Assembly: GCA_964016885.1 (NCBI GenBank)
Contig: OZ024741.1
Span: 308,884,001 to 308,948,000, forward strand
Length of the DNA: 64,000 nt
Source of the DNA: Eledone cirrhosa
Taxonomy: Eukaryota
Reading direction: 5' to 3'
In this document: piece after piece, positions 13,480 through 26,067 of the stretch
How the letters are laid out: each line of letters begins with the position of its first letter
Numbering within the stretch: position 1 is the first letter of the stretch
Notes under the pieces: generated by a model
Told to the model about the DNA's origin: nothing
What the model saw: the letters and a program-made list of their open reading frames with translations, nothing else
Database searches by the model: none
Program-made: the position numbers and the translations under genes

Positions 13480-13775
13480 ATAGTAGGTAGTTCCGTTGAT
13501 AGAACTGGAATAGTCAATGTGGAATACTCAGCCACTTAGATGTGATTTCAACCAGCAGATAGTTCCATTAATAGGACAACTGGAATACTCAACCACTTAT
13601 ACTTCTGTTATTAGAGAACAACTAGAATACTCAGTGTGGAATACTCAGCCACTTACATACTAATTCAACCAGAAGATTGTTCCATTAATTGGGCAGCTGG
13701 CTTACAATGTGAAATATTCAGCGACTAGCATGCTAATTCAGCCATGTTGATATAGGTCAACTGCAATACTCACTA
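13480..13775 (+). repeat. Degenerate tandem amplification of a SINE tail segment
   Basis: GGAATACTCAGCCACTT...TTCAACCAG...GTTCCATT recurs 4-5 times. A similar single segment lies at ~9565-9640. Confidence 0.55.
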
Positions 13776-13810
13776 CCAAAACTGACAAAAAGACATTCCC
13801 TCACTGATTT

Positions 13811-14290
13811 CTGGATCCACCATAGACTCTTTCAGCCCCCACCCGCTTTCCTGTTGTTACAGTGCTGGCTGCCTTCCATGCCATACTGCCCTCAATGAGG
13901 TCATAAAGCACAGCTTAGATGCTGCAGGCTTCCTCTCCCAGCTTGAGCCGGTGGGGCTGGACCAAGGGGACAGCAAAAGGTCAGACGGTATGACCATCTT
14001 CCCATTCTGCGGTGGTAAACCCCTTTTCTGGGATGCCACTTGAAGCGACACGTTCTCCAGCCACAACCTGGAGCAGTCTCCGACTAACCCAGAATCTACT
14101 GCACTTCGGGCTGAGAGTAAACTCTGCAAGTCAGGTTTGCAGTCGAGCCCCTAGCAGTGGAGAATTCTGGTGTCCATGGCCCTAGGGCTGACTAGCCGCA
14201 GGTGTGAGCCTCGCGAGATGGAATGGCTCTTCCAGCGCATCTCCCTTACCATCCTCCAGGGAAACCCCTTCTCCATTCTGTCCGCCAGGG
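13811..14290 (+). pseudogene. CRE-clade non-LTR retrotransposon remnant (Zn knuckle plus restriction-like endonuclease)
   Basis: Manual translation: HPLSC..SAG..CHTALNEVIKHSLDAAGFLSQLEPVGLDQGDSKRSDGMTIFPF..GKPLFWDAT*SDTF ... WLFQRISLTILQGNPFSIL. This matches the CRE RLE pattern (RH..LN, LEP.GL..GKRPDG, WDAT, QRISI..QRGN). Confidence 0.8.
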
Positions 14291-15046
14291 CCATGGAGTG
14301 GCCAGCTTGTGGAACCCCATTTCTTCATAATACAGAGAGATGGGGAGGGCGAGAGAGATGGAGGCGATGACAATGGGAGTTCGGCTCTTCTGTGTTCGGA
14401 CCTGGTGTGCAGCGTCAGTTGTCTGTAAGGAGGTAGTGATTCATAATACCGGTCTTTTTTTTTTTAAAAACGCGATAATATTGCTATTTTGCTGAACTCC
14501 TTACACTTGTAGAGTTTTTTTTCGGAATGTTTTTGACTGTTGTTTCATGTAAACAGACATTCATCTCATTCTGACGTCACCAGCCATGTCTCTCCATGTG
14601 CGTTTATTTTTCATAATTACGTACGAGGTGAACTAGCCTGTCTTTAAATTCCCTTTTTGGCATATTCTACAGTGGGATTTAGGGTTATCGTGTTTGAGTT
14701 CTGCTGATGAACGATTCCAACCGTGACCATCCCCACTGAAAGTTTCGCGAAATAGTCTTTTTAAGACTATACAGAGCATTTGTAGTTTTTCCAAATTGAA
14801 GGATGAGTATTTAGACTTTATTTTATTCTGAGTTAAGGCTCTATTGATTTTTCCCTGGATTTCACAAAATTCTGTGGACTAATCTATGTCTTGATTCTTT
14901 TTGACTTGAGTTTGAATTATTTTCCCACATCTTACATTAACTATTTTTCCATTTTGACGTTGTAGTCACTTATATATTATGAAATACTGTTGGCTTCACG
15001 CTCACAATAATTTCTATACTTTTCATTTATGTGTATATATATATAT

Positions 15047-15388
15047 CATCATCGTCATCATCATCATTTTACGTCCACTTTTCCCTGCTTGCAAGGGTGG
15101 GACGGGAACTGATTCTGGCTTGATTTCTACAGCTGGATGCCCTTCCTAACACCAACCTCATTTACAGTGAGTGCTGTGTGGTTTTTGCCGTGGCACCTCC
15201 ACGACCACTTTGCAGTGGAATGATAGGGACCCCAGTCCCTATCATCTCATTTCTACAGCTGAGTAAACTGGAGCAATGTGAAATAAAGTGTCTTGCTCAA
15301 GGAAACAACACATCACGCGGTCTGAGAATTGAACTCACAACCTTTCGATTGCAAGGCCAATGCTCTAACCACTAAGCCATGTGCCTCC
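15047..15388 (-). mobile_element. CORE-like SINE (left arm of inverted pair)
   Basis: Same family as 5211-5601. Confidence 0.85.
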
Positions 15389-15434
15389 AATAGTAATAAT
15401 TATATATATAATATAATTATTACTATTATTACAT

Positions 15435-15773
15435 GGAGGCACATGGCTTAGTGGTTAGAGCATTGGCCTTGCAATCAAAAGGTTGTGAGTTCAATTCTCA
15501 GACCGGGTGATGTGTTGTTTCCTTGAGCAAGACACTTTATTTCACATTGCTCCAGTTTACTCAGCTGTAGAAATGAGATGATAGGGACTGGGGTCCCAAT
15601 CATTCCACTGCAAAGTGGTCGTGGAGGTGCCACGGCAAAAAAGCACCCAGCACTCACTGTAAATGAGGTTGGTGTTAGGAAGGGCATCCAGCTGTAGAAA
15701 TCAAGCCAGAATCAGTTCCCGTCCCACCCTTGCAAGCAGGGAAAAAGCGGGCGTAAAATGAAATGATGATGAT
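15435..15773 (+). mobile_element. CORE-like SINE (right arm of inverted pair)
   Basis: GGAGGCACATGGCTTAGTGG...(GAT)n; near-perfect reverse complement of 15047-15388. Confidence 0.85.
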
Positions 15774-18161
15774 TGTATTGTAAAGGCTCTTACGATACAT
15801 ATCATACACACTTACAAATAGCAAGCCAGTCATAACAACAACAACTCTAAAAATTAGAATAATAACATGACTACAGAAGGCAGCCACTCAAAGGACAAAA
15901 ACAGCAAAAACCAAAATAACAAGAATGACAAAGATGACAACAACAAAGCCACCAAGAAGGAAAACAATAATAAAAAAACAGCAACCCCAATAAAGGCTTG
16001 GGTTGGCTGGTAGCTGTGGTACAATAGAAGATACCCGATTGAGATGGAATCAAAACTAGAACCTTATGATTGGCAAGCAAATATTTTAATCACTTGGCCA
16101 TGACACATATACAAGCATACATACAAACAAACATACACACACAAACCCAGGCACATAGACACACAATTAACATGAGATGGACCTATGTACGTTCTGATGA
16201 TAGGTGTTCCATTCTAACATCTCTGTTAATTTGCCATCCTACATCTCTCTCTCTGTATATATACATGTATGTCATCATTTAGCATCTGTGTTTATGTCCT
16301 TGTAACATAAGGGTTAAATAAAACTGATCGATAAAATACATAAATACTGGAGTCGATATGATCTCATTAAAGTTTCTTTAAGGTAGTTGAAATCCCTTTA
16401 AGGTGGGACTGCAGCATGGACTGCAGTTTAATGACTGCAGCATGGACTGCAGTTTAATGACTGAAATCTGTAAAACAGTATCTGTGTCATTTGTCTGTCC
16501 TGTTTATTATCATCATTGTTATGACTTGTCATAATTACTATCATTATTTTAAGTTAAAAAATTTTTTTTTTTATTATGCTCCCTTTTCTTTTTCGGTGAG
16601 ACAGTTTTTCCTCTGTCCCAATCTGTTAAAACTTTTGCAACAATCCTTAGTGTTTGACAGATCAAGGTTGAATTGGTGACCTACCCTCATAAGAACCTCT
16701 GGTGGAAGCCTTTTCAAGCACCTCAGTGTCATTGACCTGCTCTGAGAGAGATTTTTTTTTGTCTTATGTGTGTGTATGTGTGTTTGTTTTGGTTTTGTTT
16801 CTTTCAGCTCTTCTCTTTCTCCATCCATTTCTCTCTCCTTTTTCCTCTTCTCTCTCACTCTCTCCTTTGATTCATACATTTGTATCTCTCACCACCCCTC
16901 TTCAGCTATCTTGCTCTCGCCTCCTTCCATCCCTCTCCCCCTCTTTCTCCCTATCTTCCTCTCTTTCCTTCTCGCTTTCCATTTCTCTTCAGTTTCTAGT
17001 ACTTTGTTTTCCTTTCCAAGTTCCTGCTGGTTATTCTATGGGGGGGGGGGGGGTAGTGGTAGTGGGTGGAATATACACCTGTGTTGTCAGCTACCCTGGA
17101 TATTTGTGTTTAAGTAGTTACGCAACTCCTACCTGCCTCGCCCCCACCTGACACTCCATTAAACCCTCTTAGCTGTTAACAGAAGGCATGGTGGTATGGT
17201 TGTGATGATGATAGTGGTTGTAATGGTAGTGGCAGTTATAGTAATGATAATGATAGTGGGGCTGTGGGTGCTGATGGTGGTTGTGATGGTGCTTATGGTG
17301 ATTATGATGGTGGTGGTGATGATCTGGTCATCATTGGGGGTTGGTAGTTTATCTTCTCTTGTGTGTAATTTGAAAGGGATGTGTGGTGGTGGTGATTGTG
17401 GTGGTGGGGGCTGGATTAGTAGTAAAGATCAGTGATTGTGGTAGTAGTGATAGTTGCTTTGATGGTGATGATTGGTAGCGGTAGCGGAAGTGAGTGGGGG
17501 ATTGTAGTGACATTTTGGTGTTAGAGGTGATGGCAGTGGGGAATTTATGAAGTGGTGGTGGTTGTGTTGGTAGTTGTAGTAGTAGTAGCAGCAGTTTTTG
17601 TGCGAGTGTTATGATTGTCCAGTAACTTGACTGTGATAGCTTTTGTCAAATATAAGGCTGGCTTGTAAACATTTTGGTTTTGACATCTGTATGTGGTGGC
17701 TACAGATGTCAGTTGTTGTTGTTGTTCCAGTGGGTAGTTCAACTTATATATAACAGGGGCAGGTCAGGCAGAGGTGGGGACACAGTAGGGGAGGTGTGCA
17801 GGTGAGAGGGTTGACAGTGGTCAGCTGTTTATTGACCACAGTTGGCAGTAGATCAGCACCTTGCTACAGTTGTTATTTAGCTCCTTGTTGATGCATCCTC
17901 TGTCCAGATCAGTGGCTGTGGGTTTCTATGATGAGCAATCAGTCTAGTCAGTGGATGAACAACTCAACTGTACCAGCACTTTATGTTCCGAGTTCCAATC
18001 TCTGTCCGATGAGGTCAACATTGGCTTTTACCCATCTGGAGTTGATAAAATAAGATGCCAGTCAATTCCTGGGGTAGATTTAATTGACCTCTTCCTACAC
18101 CCACTCCCACCACCCTAAAAAAAAAAAAAAAAAAATTGCTACATTAGAAACTATTATTTAA

Positions 18162-18704
18162 CCCTTTAGCATTTACTATATTTACTATTGAGGCACATGG
18201 CTTAGTGGTTAGAGCATTGGCCTTGCAATCGAAAGGTTGTGAGTTCAATTCTCAGACCGGGTGATGTGTTGTTTCCTTGAGCAAGACACTTTATTTCACA
18301 TTGCTCCAATTTACTCAGCTGTAGAAATGAGATGATAGGGACTGGGGTCCATATCATTCCACTGCAAAGTGGTCGTGTAGGTGCCATGGCAAAAAAGCAC
18401 CTAGCACTCACTGTAAATGAGGTTAGTGTTAGGAAGGGCATCCAGCTGTAGAAATCAAGCCAGAATCAGTTCCCGTCCCACCCTTGCAAGCAGGGAAAAG
18501 CGGACGTAAAATAATGATGATGATGACTATTGTATTTTCATAATAAACACTTTATCTCACATAATATCGAATCTATGAGATTTTGATATTATTTATTTTG
18601 AGAATAATACCTTAACATAAGTATGAGCAGCTGGTTATGGCCGGTTTCAACAGAAAGAGGTGAGAGAATTCTGGCTGGATATGGCCGGTTTAAATGCTAA
18701 AGGG
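18162..18704 (-). mobile_element. piggyBac-type MITE (family A) interrupted by a SINE
   Basis: TTAA|CCCTTTAGCATTT ... AAATGCTAAAGGG|TTAA with an internal SINE. Confidence 0.85.
18191..18525 (+). mobile_element. CORE-like SINE with 7-bp TSD
   Basis: TSD ACTATTG at 18184-18190 and 18526-18532; (GAT)n tail. Confidence 0.9.
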
Positions 18705-18820
18705 TTAAGGGTGGCAAGGTTCAGTAAATCAACTTTTTCCTCCCTCCAAATGGCAGGCATAATAATAATTATTGTTATGACCACATTTGAGGCAATAAAA
18801 GTAATCATTATTATATATAC

Positions 18821-19165
18821 TAGGGCAGTGGATTGGCAGTATCAGTAGTGTTGGACACCATGCTTTGTGGCATAGAGTTACGGCCCTTTATATTCTGAGT
18901 TCAAATCTCGTCAAGGTTTGCTTTGTCTTTCATCCTTATGGGTTCGATAAAATAAAGTTCCAGTAACGCATTGCAGTCAATTTAATCGTTTTTCCCCTCC
19001 CCCAAAATTGCTGGTGATGTGCCTAAAACAGAAACCATCCCTTTACGATCTGAGTTCAAATCCCGCCGAGGTTGACTTTGCCTTTCATCCTTACGAGGTC
19101 GATAAAATAAAGTACCAGTAATGCACTGGGTATTTGCTGGCCTTGTGCCTAAAGTAGAAGCAATT
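18821..19165 (+). mobile_element. Two tandem MetaSINE-like copies
   Basis: Meta-like core present twice, same family as 1861-2572. Confidence 0.75.
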
Positions 19166-19334
19166 ATTATATATACTAACGTAGTACTGTTAAAAATGAT
19201 GAAGTATATAGTAAAAAATGTATTTAATTTAAATAATTCCTTGTGTACAACATTATATATGAAAATGCTTGAATCTGCAAATTTTCCTTGATTTTCTTCT
19301 GCATTTTCTATGTCAAATAACATACCAATTACAT

Positions 19335-19805
19335 ATTCTATCCCTTGTAGAATAGGTGGTCTCATACTTTATCTACTTTTTGACTCTGGCACTTCTGTTA
19401 ATGTTATTGCTAAGGATGCTTGGGAAATTCTTAAAAATTCAAAAATCTGTTTGAATTTCTTATTGAAGGAAGTGAGCCGTCAATTTTGGGAAATAGTTCA
19501 GTACAAGAATTTGGTGTTCTTAAAATCACAATAAACACTGTATCACTTGAATAGTTTCTGGAAATTCAATCAGACGTTGGCTATGTAAAATGCTTTCAGT
19601 TGTCTCTTCACATTGATTCAGCTAACATTTACAACCAATTGTAGCTAACATTTACAACCAATTGTAGCTAACATTTACAGCCAATTGTAGCTAACATTTA
19701 CAACCAATTCCTTAGAGTGTGAAAAGAATGAAGATAGATGATGCTTTATAAGAATTGTTAGATATGCATATTATTGAACATGTAGAACATGTAGGCATTG
19801 GTTAA
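19335..19805 (+). pseudogene. Ty3/Gypsy pol remnant (aspartic protease, start of RT)
   Basis: CRIGGLILYLLFDSGTSVNVIAKDAWEILK (retropepsin D-S-G motif), then KIDDAL*ELLDMHIIEHV at ~19735-19790. Confidence 0.65.
19621..19709. repeat. 23-bp minisatellite x~4
   Basis: GCTAACATTTACAACCAATTGTA repeated. Confidence 0.9.
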
Positions 19806-19899
19806 CCTGAGGCTGTAGTAGAAGACATTTGTCCAAGGGGACTGAACCCAGACCTACATAGTCGCAAAGCAAATTCCTTAACAACACAACCATACCTAT

Positions 19900-20330
19900 G
19901 CAGTTTCTCTCTGGTATGGCACTTCAGATTCCTCTTAAACTCAGTTTCGTCCTCAGTTTAGCCATGCTCTGCCTTTCTCTCACATATACATTGCTCATGC
20001 AATGAAGCACGGCTGCTTCATTTCTCTCCAACCTACGCATGTCCTCTGCAGCCACTCCCATGTTTCACTATAATGCAACATCATACTTCACACACAGGCA
20101 TTATGCAGTTGTCCTTTTGTATATAGGGAGAAACCTTTTGTCGTTGAAAGTGGGAATAATTCTCTAAACTTATTCCATCCTATCCTATTATGCTATCAAC
20201 CACTTCTATGTATCTTTCATATAATTGGAAAAGGTTTATATCACTGATGCTCATCTCCTCGATTACCCCTGTGCATCTTTTATATACAAAGTTTTCTCTT
20301 CCTGTTAATCTACCTGATATCACACTACAA
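19900..20330 (-). pseudogene. Highly decayed RTE-clade LINE fragment
   Basis: Collinear with 23400-23900 (e.g. GAGAAACCTTT...CTCTAAACTTATTCCATCC). Confidence 0.55.
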
Positions 20331-20474
20331 CTCTTGTGTATCCAAGATTTAAACCGTTTACATCATATGGCATGGAAAAATGGACGGTATATATATATAT
20401 ATTTGTGTGCGTATATATGTATATATGTGTGAGTGTGTGTATATGTATGTTATATATGTATATACATATATATT

Positions 20475-20524
<50 letters not shown>

Positions 20525-22029
20525 ATAGGGAAAAAAAGAGGAAGGGAGAGAGTGGTTCCAGACAATTGAAGATGACAAAACAGTCAATAAATTAAGTGTT
20601 ATTGACCAATGGTGGAGAGAAAAATAAACAGCTTTTCATCCTTCCGTCATCTGAAGAATCTTAATGTATCGACATGTATTTTGGTTCCCTAATTTTACCA
20701 CCACCACCACCACAACAACAACAACAGTTGGAGGCGGAGGAGAAGAAATGATGAAAATAACAATATTAAAATAACAACAGAAACAATATTAACACGAATA
20801 ATAATGGTTTCTAATAATAAAAATAATAATAATAATATTGTTAGAGTAACAAGAACAACAACAGTAATGTTAATGATGTTATATTGATAATATTGCAGAA
20901 ACGTTTCTTGCTAAACAGCAACGTTTTACAAAGAAGTTAATGAGATCCGTCTTAGGAGGTAGTGAGGGGTTAAGTTGATGTGTGTGTTGTGGTGTGGTAT
21001 ATTGGTATATGTATCTAATTATGTGCATATATATATATACACACACACACACATATATACATATGCACATGATATATATATATGCCTTGTGTATCTGTGT
21101 ATATATATATATCTCTATCTCTATATCTCTTTATCGCTCTCTATCTCTCTATATATATATGTTTTTATATATATATATATTTATATATATGTTTTTATAT
21201 ATATATATATAAAAACATGTTTGTTTATATATACGTGCATGCATGTTTGTTTCCATAATTGATCCATGTCTTAGAAATTCCTGAAGTAGTGAACTTAATT
21301 GTGGTGTTAATGGAAGAAGTTGTACCTTGTAAAAATTTAAAACACACACATAATCACACAGGCATACATACATGTATATGATATATATATATATAAAAAA
21401 AAAAAATTTAATAAATAAATAAAGTAAAAATTTAACAAAATGAAATCACCATTTCCCTATCCCTTCACCCACCAGAGGTGAGGGTGGGGAAAATCCTCAA
21501 TTTGATCTAAACAACACAAGAAATACACTTACACAAGCAGAACTAGTCACCCTCCCACACACACACATACATACATACAGATAGACAAAGCTAACAATAA
21601 CACCAGCCCTGTTCCCACCACTACCACTGTGCCCTTACTGCTACTCACACCCTACCATCCACATCCACCTCTAACCACTCACCCACACACCACATACAAA
21701 CACAGAACTTCTAAGAAGGCAACTCTGTTTTTGTTTCCTTTCGATAAACAAAAGACAAATCGAAGAAATAGAGAGAATTTGAAAAGATGAAAGTTAAGGA
21801 GAAGAAAAGGAAAGGAAAGACAAAGAAAGATGAAAACAAAAGATGAGGAGAAAAAAAAATGAGACGATAACAACGTGAAGATGAAGAAAAAGAAAAAGTA
21901 AAGAAATGAAATAATTATATAAAAACAACAGCAACAGCACCACCTACAATAGATCGGTTTTATAAGATGTTGATTGCTAGTTTGTTAACAGTAGGAGTTG
22001 ATGTTTGGGCTCAGCTATTTAATTATTGT

Positions 22030-22259
22030 ATGTGTGTTTGTGTATATATGTATGCATGTATCTATGTATGTATTTATATATGTGTGTGTGTGTGTGTCTA
22101 TGTATGTATTTATATATGTGTATGTATGTGCATGTATGTATGTATCTATGTATTTATGTGTGTATGTATATATGTATGTATATGTATGTAATGTATGTAT
22201 GTATGTTATACTTATGTGCATCTAAATGTATGTGTATACACTCTTATGTGTATGTATGC

Positions 22260-22300
<41 letters not shown>

Positions 22301-22725
22301 TAGATAGATATATGTATGTATGTATATGTATAGATATATGTATGTATGTATATGTATAGATATATGTATGTATATGTATGATACGTATGATAGATATATG
22401 TATGTATGTATAAATAGGTATGTATGTATATATATGTATGTATATATGTGTGTATATATATATGTATGTATATATATATGTATATATATATATGTATGTA
22501 TATATATATGTATATATATATATGTGTGTGTGTATATATATATATGTATGTATATATATGCATATATATATATATATGTATGTATGTATATATGTGTGTG
22601 TGTGTATATATATATGTATGTGTATATATGCATATATATATATGTATGTATGTATATATGTGTGTGTATATATATATATATACACATATATAGATACATA
22701 TATATATGCACATATACACAGATAG
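22030..22725. repeat. Compound (TA)/(TG)/(TATG) microsatellite
   Basis: Direct inspection. Confidence 0.95.
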
Positions 22726-22784
22726 ATGACAGAAATATACTTACCTACACGTGTGGTGGTGCATGTATTATATCAACGAGTATG

Positions 22785-23930
22785 TCATCATCTTCGTTTA
22801 ACGTCCATCTTCCACATTAGCATGGGTTAGACGGGAGTTGTCCCACTTGAGGCAAGGTTGGTCCGGTGACCGTCTCTCGCTCATATAGGACTATCTGGCA
22901 GGTTTTCTACAGTTGGATGCCCTTCCTAACACCAACCACATTTACAGTGTGGACTGGGAGGTTTTTACCGTGTTACCTACACAGCCACATTACAGCGTGG
23001 ACTGTGATTTTTTGTCACGACACCTACATGATCTCGATCTCATTATCTCATTTATTTGGACTGGTACCAACTTTACAGAGAGAGGGGAGTGTGTGTGTGG
23101 GAGGGGGGGGGGGTTTAGTGGATTGGGGTGTATGTATATTTGGTTAAGAGGTGCCTACTGACTGTAGGTTTCGCTTTGTACATAGGCAAGGGTGGGTCTT
23201 CTGTATTACTGCGTGGCACCAAAGATCTCGGTCCAGTGACATTGTCTTGGAGAGGTGTAAGTGTGTAAGGTCGGAATTTATCAAATCGTCCCAGGTTTTT
23301 CTGGGTCTACCTACTCCGTAACTTCCGTCAATTTTGATCGCCCTGCACTTTTTTATACAGCTGTCGTCTTTCATGCGCATCACGTGACCATACCAACGTA
23401 GTCTCCTCTCAAGTAAACAGCATCTGATCCCTCTTATTCCTAATTTCTCACTTAGTTCATTTATGCTTTGCCGTTCACGTATATTACTATTACACATCCA
23501 ACGGAGCATGCAAGCTTCGTTCCTTTCCAGTTCCGCGCAGGTTTTCTGCACGCAATGCCCAAGTCTCACTGCCATGTAACATTGCTGTTCGTATACAGGC
23601 ATCGTACAGTCTGCCTTTCATTTTTAGAGAGAAACCTTTAGTGGCTAATAGTGGTATAAGCTCTCTGAACTTTTTCCATCCCGTTCTGACTCTGGCTACT
23701 GTACTTTCAGAACACCCTCCACCACTGCTGATTTTGTCACCCAGGTAACGGAAAGTGTTCACTATTTCTATAAAACCGTCTGGGCAGTAGAAGGAACTAG
23801 TATCCTGTGGGCACTTGCTGCTACTTATTGCACCTGAGCATCGGCCACATATAAAATCTACGTTCTTAGATAGTTTACCTGTGATCCCACTACATCTTTT
23901 ATGTACCCATAGTATAAATGCATTTGCATA
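22785..23930 (-). pseudogene. 5'-truncated RTE-clade LINE (RT C-terminus, one frameshift, 3' UTR, (GAT)n tail)
   Basis: WVHKRCSGI...FICGRC...FRYLGDKIS...MLHGSETW / LERNEACMLRWMC...RRLRWYGHVMR...GRPRKTW; tail TAACCCATGCTAATGTGGAAGATGGACGTTAAACGAAGATGATGA. Confidence 0.9.
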
Positions 23931-24878
23931 CATTAATAACACTCCCATTAATATATAGGCTCACACACACAAAATATATATATACCTAAAAATATAGTAC
24001 ATACAAATATACAGCTAGGTGTGTTGGTATATATAACCATATGTATATACACTTGTAAACATGTCACACTCTGCCAAATACTTAAGTCACACATACTTAC
24101 TCAAAGAAATGTAAAACAAAACTCAGCCACACACATAATTATCTGATAAGCATATACATACAAGTACACTCAATCATCAATAAAAATGATATATATACAA
24201 CTGTATGTATATATATGTATATATATAAAAAAAGCACTCAGTCCATGCTGTAAAGTGGTCGTGTAGGTGATATGGCAAAAAGCACCCAGCACACTCTGTA
24301 AATGTGGTTGGTGTTAAGAAGGATATCCAGCCATAGAAACCAAGCCAAATTAGTTCTGAGTGAGCAAATCATGGTCCCCCGACTTGATCCCTCACAAAGG
24401 GACAGCCCATCCTACCCATGCTAGCGTAGAAGATGGACGTTAAATGATTATGATGATGAAGATGATATAACTTATGGTTTCAGAAGAAAAATGACTTTAA
24501 CCCTTTAGCATTTAAATTACTCTATATTTACTATTGTATTTTTGTAGTAAAGAGTATTTCATTAGAAATATAGTAACAAAAGGGTCAAGTTGAAAGTTAG
24601 TTATTTCAGTTAACCTCTCACGATTTTTCATCATTTTGATGTTAAAATATAAAGGTAGAATGTAATCTTGTGGGAAATATTGTCACAAAATGGTTCAATA
24701 AGAATGTTTTGATAAAACAAAGTACCAGTTAAGTAATTGGGTTGTTGATATACTACTATCATTTTCCCCCAAATTGATGGCATTGTGTCTCTGTTACAAA
24801 TTAAGTACCAGTAATGCACTGGATAATTGCTGGCCTTGTGCCAAAAGTAGAAACAATTATTATTAATTTAGAGGTGAT

Positions 24879-25458
24879 AGGGCGGTAGATTGGCAGTATC
24901 GGTAGAGCGTCAGACAATATGCTTTATGGCACAGGGTTATGCCCCTTTACGATCTGAGTTCAAATCCTGCCGAGGTTAGCTTTGCCTTTCATCCTTATGG
25001 GGTCGATAAAATAAAATACCAGTAATGCACTGGGGTCGATTTAATCGGACTTTCCCCTCCCCTCAAAATTGCTGGCCATTTGCCTAAAGCAGAAACAATT
25101 ATTTAGAGGTGGGTTGGCAGTATTGGTAGAGCATCAGACAACATGCTTTACGGCAGGATGTCAAACATGCGGCCCTTTACAATCACACCTGCGGCCCGCA
25201 CAAAGGTTTTTTATTGCGCGAGCATGATTTATCTTTGTAATATAGAATATAAAATATTAGTTGTAATGTGTGCAATTAGTTGTGTGTGGCCCTCAGATAA
25301 CACATATGTGGCCCTCGAGGGGCCCTCAGTTTGACATGCCTGCTTTGCAGCATATAGTTACAGCCCTTTGTATTCAGAGATTAGCTTTGCCTTTCATCCT
25401 TATGGGATCAATAAAATAAACTACCAGTAATGCACTGGGGTCAATTTAATTGACTTTC
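24879..25458 (+). mobile_element. Two tandem MetaSINE-like copies (second interrupted by a hAT MITE)
   Basis: Head plus Meta-like core present twice. Confidence 0.8.
25154..25342. mobile_element. hAT (Charlie-like) MITE
   Basis: TIRs CAGGATGTCAAAC / GTTTGACATGCCTG, GCGGCCC subterminal motifs, degenerate 8-bp TSD CTTTACGG / CTTTGCAG. Confidence 0.8.
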
Positions 25459-25883
25459 ATATATATAATTATGTTAAATTTTAATTTAAATAGAAACCCT
25501 TTAAAATGGATAATTTTGTTTCATGGACCAGAGTTAGTTTTGGCTGGGTTGCTATCAAAAGAGTTAAGGGTAGTAAATTGACCTAATTATTTGGGTGTCA
25601 GGCAAAAATACCTTTCAGTATTTAAAATGTAAGAAGCTGTAGAGCATCAGACAAAATAGTTTGTGGAATTTGTTCTGACTGGGTTTAAATCCCATCAAAG
25701 TCAACTTTGCCTTTCATCCTTCCAGGGTTGATAAAATAAGTACCAATCAAGTACTGAAGTGAATGTAATCAACTGTTCCCCCTTCCAAAATGTTTGGCCT
25801 TGTGCTTATTTGAGAAATTATTAATGTTGTTGTTATTATTATTAGTGTTATTATTAATTAGTTTCAATTATTTATTCTTCTAG

Positions 25884-25923
25884 ACTGGTACTTCCATTCA
25901 AAAACAACCTGAAGTGATCACAG
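25884..25923 (+). CDS. Possible 40-nt host-gene exon (TGTSIQKQPEVIT-G)
   Basis: Polypyrimidine acceptor TTTATTCTTCTAG| and donor CAG|GTAAGG in non-repetitive DNA. Only one frame is open. No homology recognised. Confidence 0.3.
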
Positions 25924-26067
25924 GTAAGGCATAATTATTTTTCCTTTTTCTCATATCATCATCATCATCATCACTTTCATTATAATTATTTTATAATTTC
26001 TTTTTTCATTTTTTTTCATTGGTATACAATGCTTTGTCTTCTTTTCTTCCTATTATTTTCTATTTAA

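Noticed and set aside
14704-14756. CTGATGA...GAAA hammerhead candidate
   Set aside because: GAAA does not directly follow the stem II helix, and stems I and III do not form.
19621-19709. CRISPR-like repeat array
   Set aside because: Contiguous 23-bp tandem repeat with no spacers, in eukaryotic DNA.
22015-22820. Numerous IY/VC/TH-rich ORFs here and at ~10000, 28500, 43000, 52000-53900 and 56400
   Set aside because: Translations of TA, TG and CA microsatellites, which lack stop codons.
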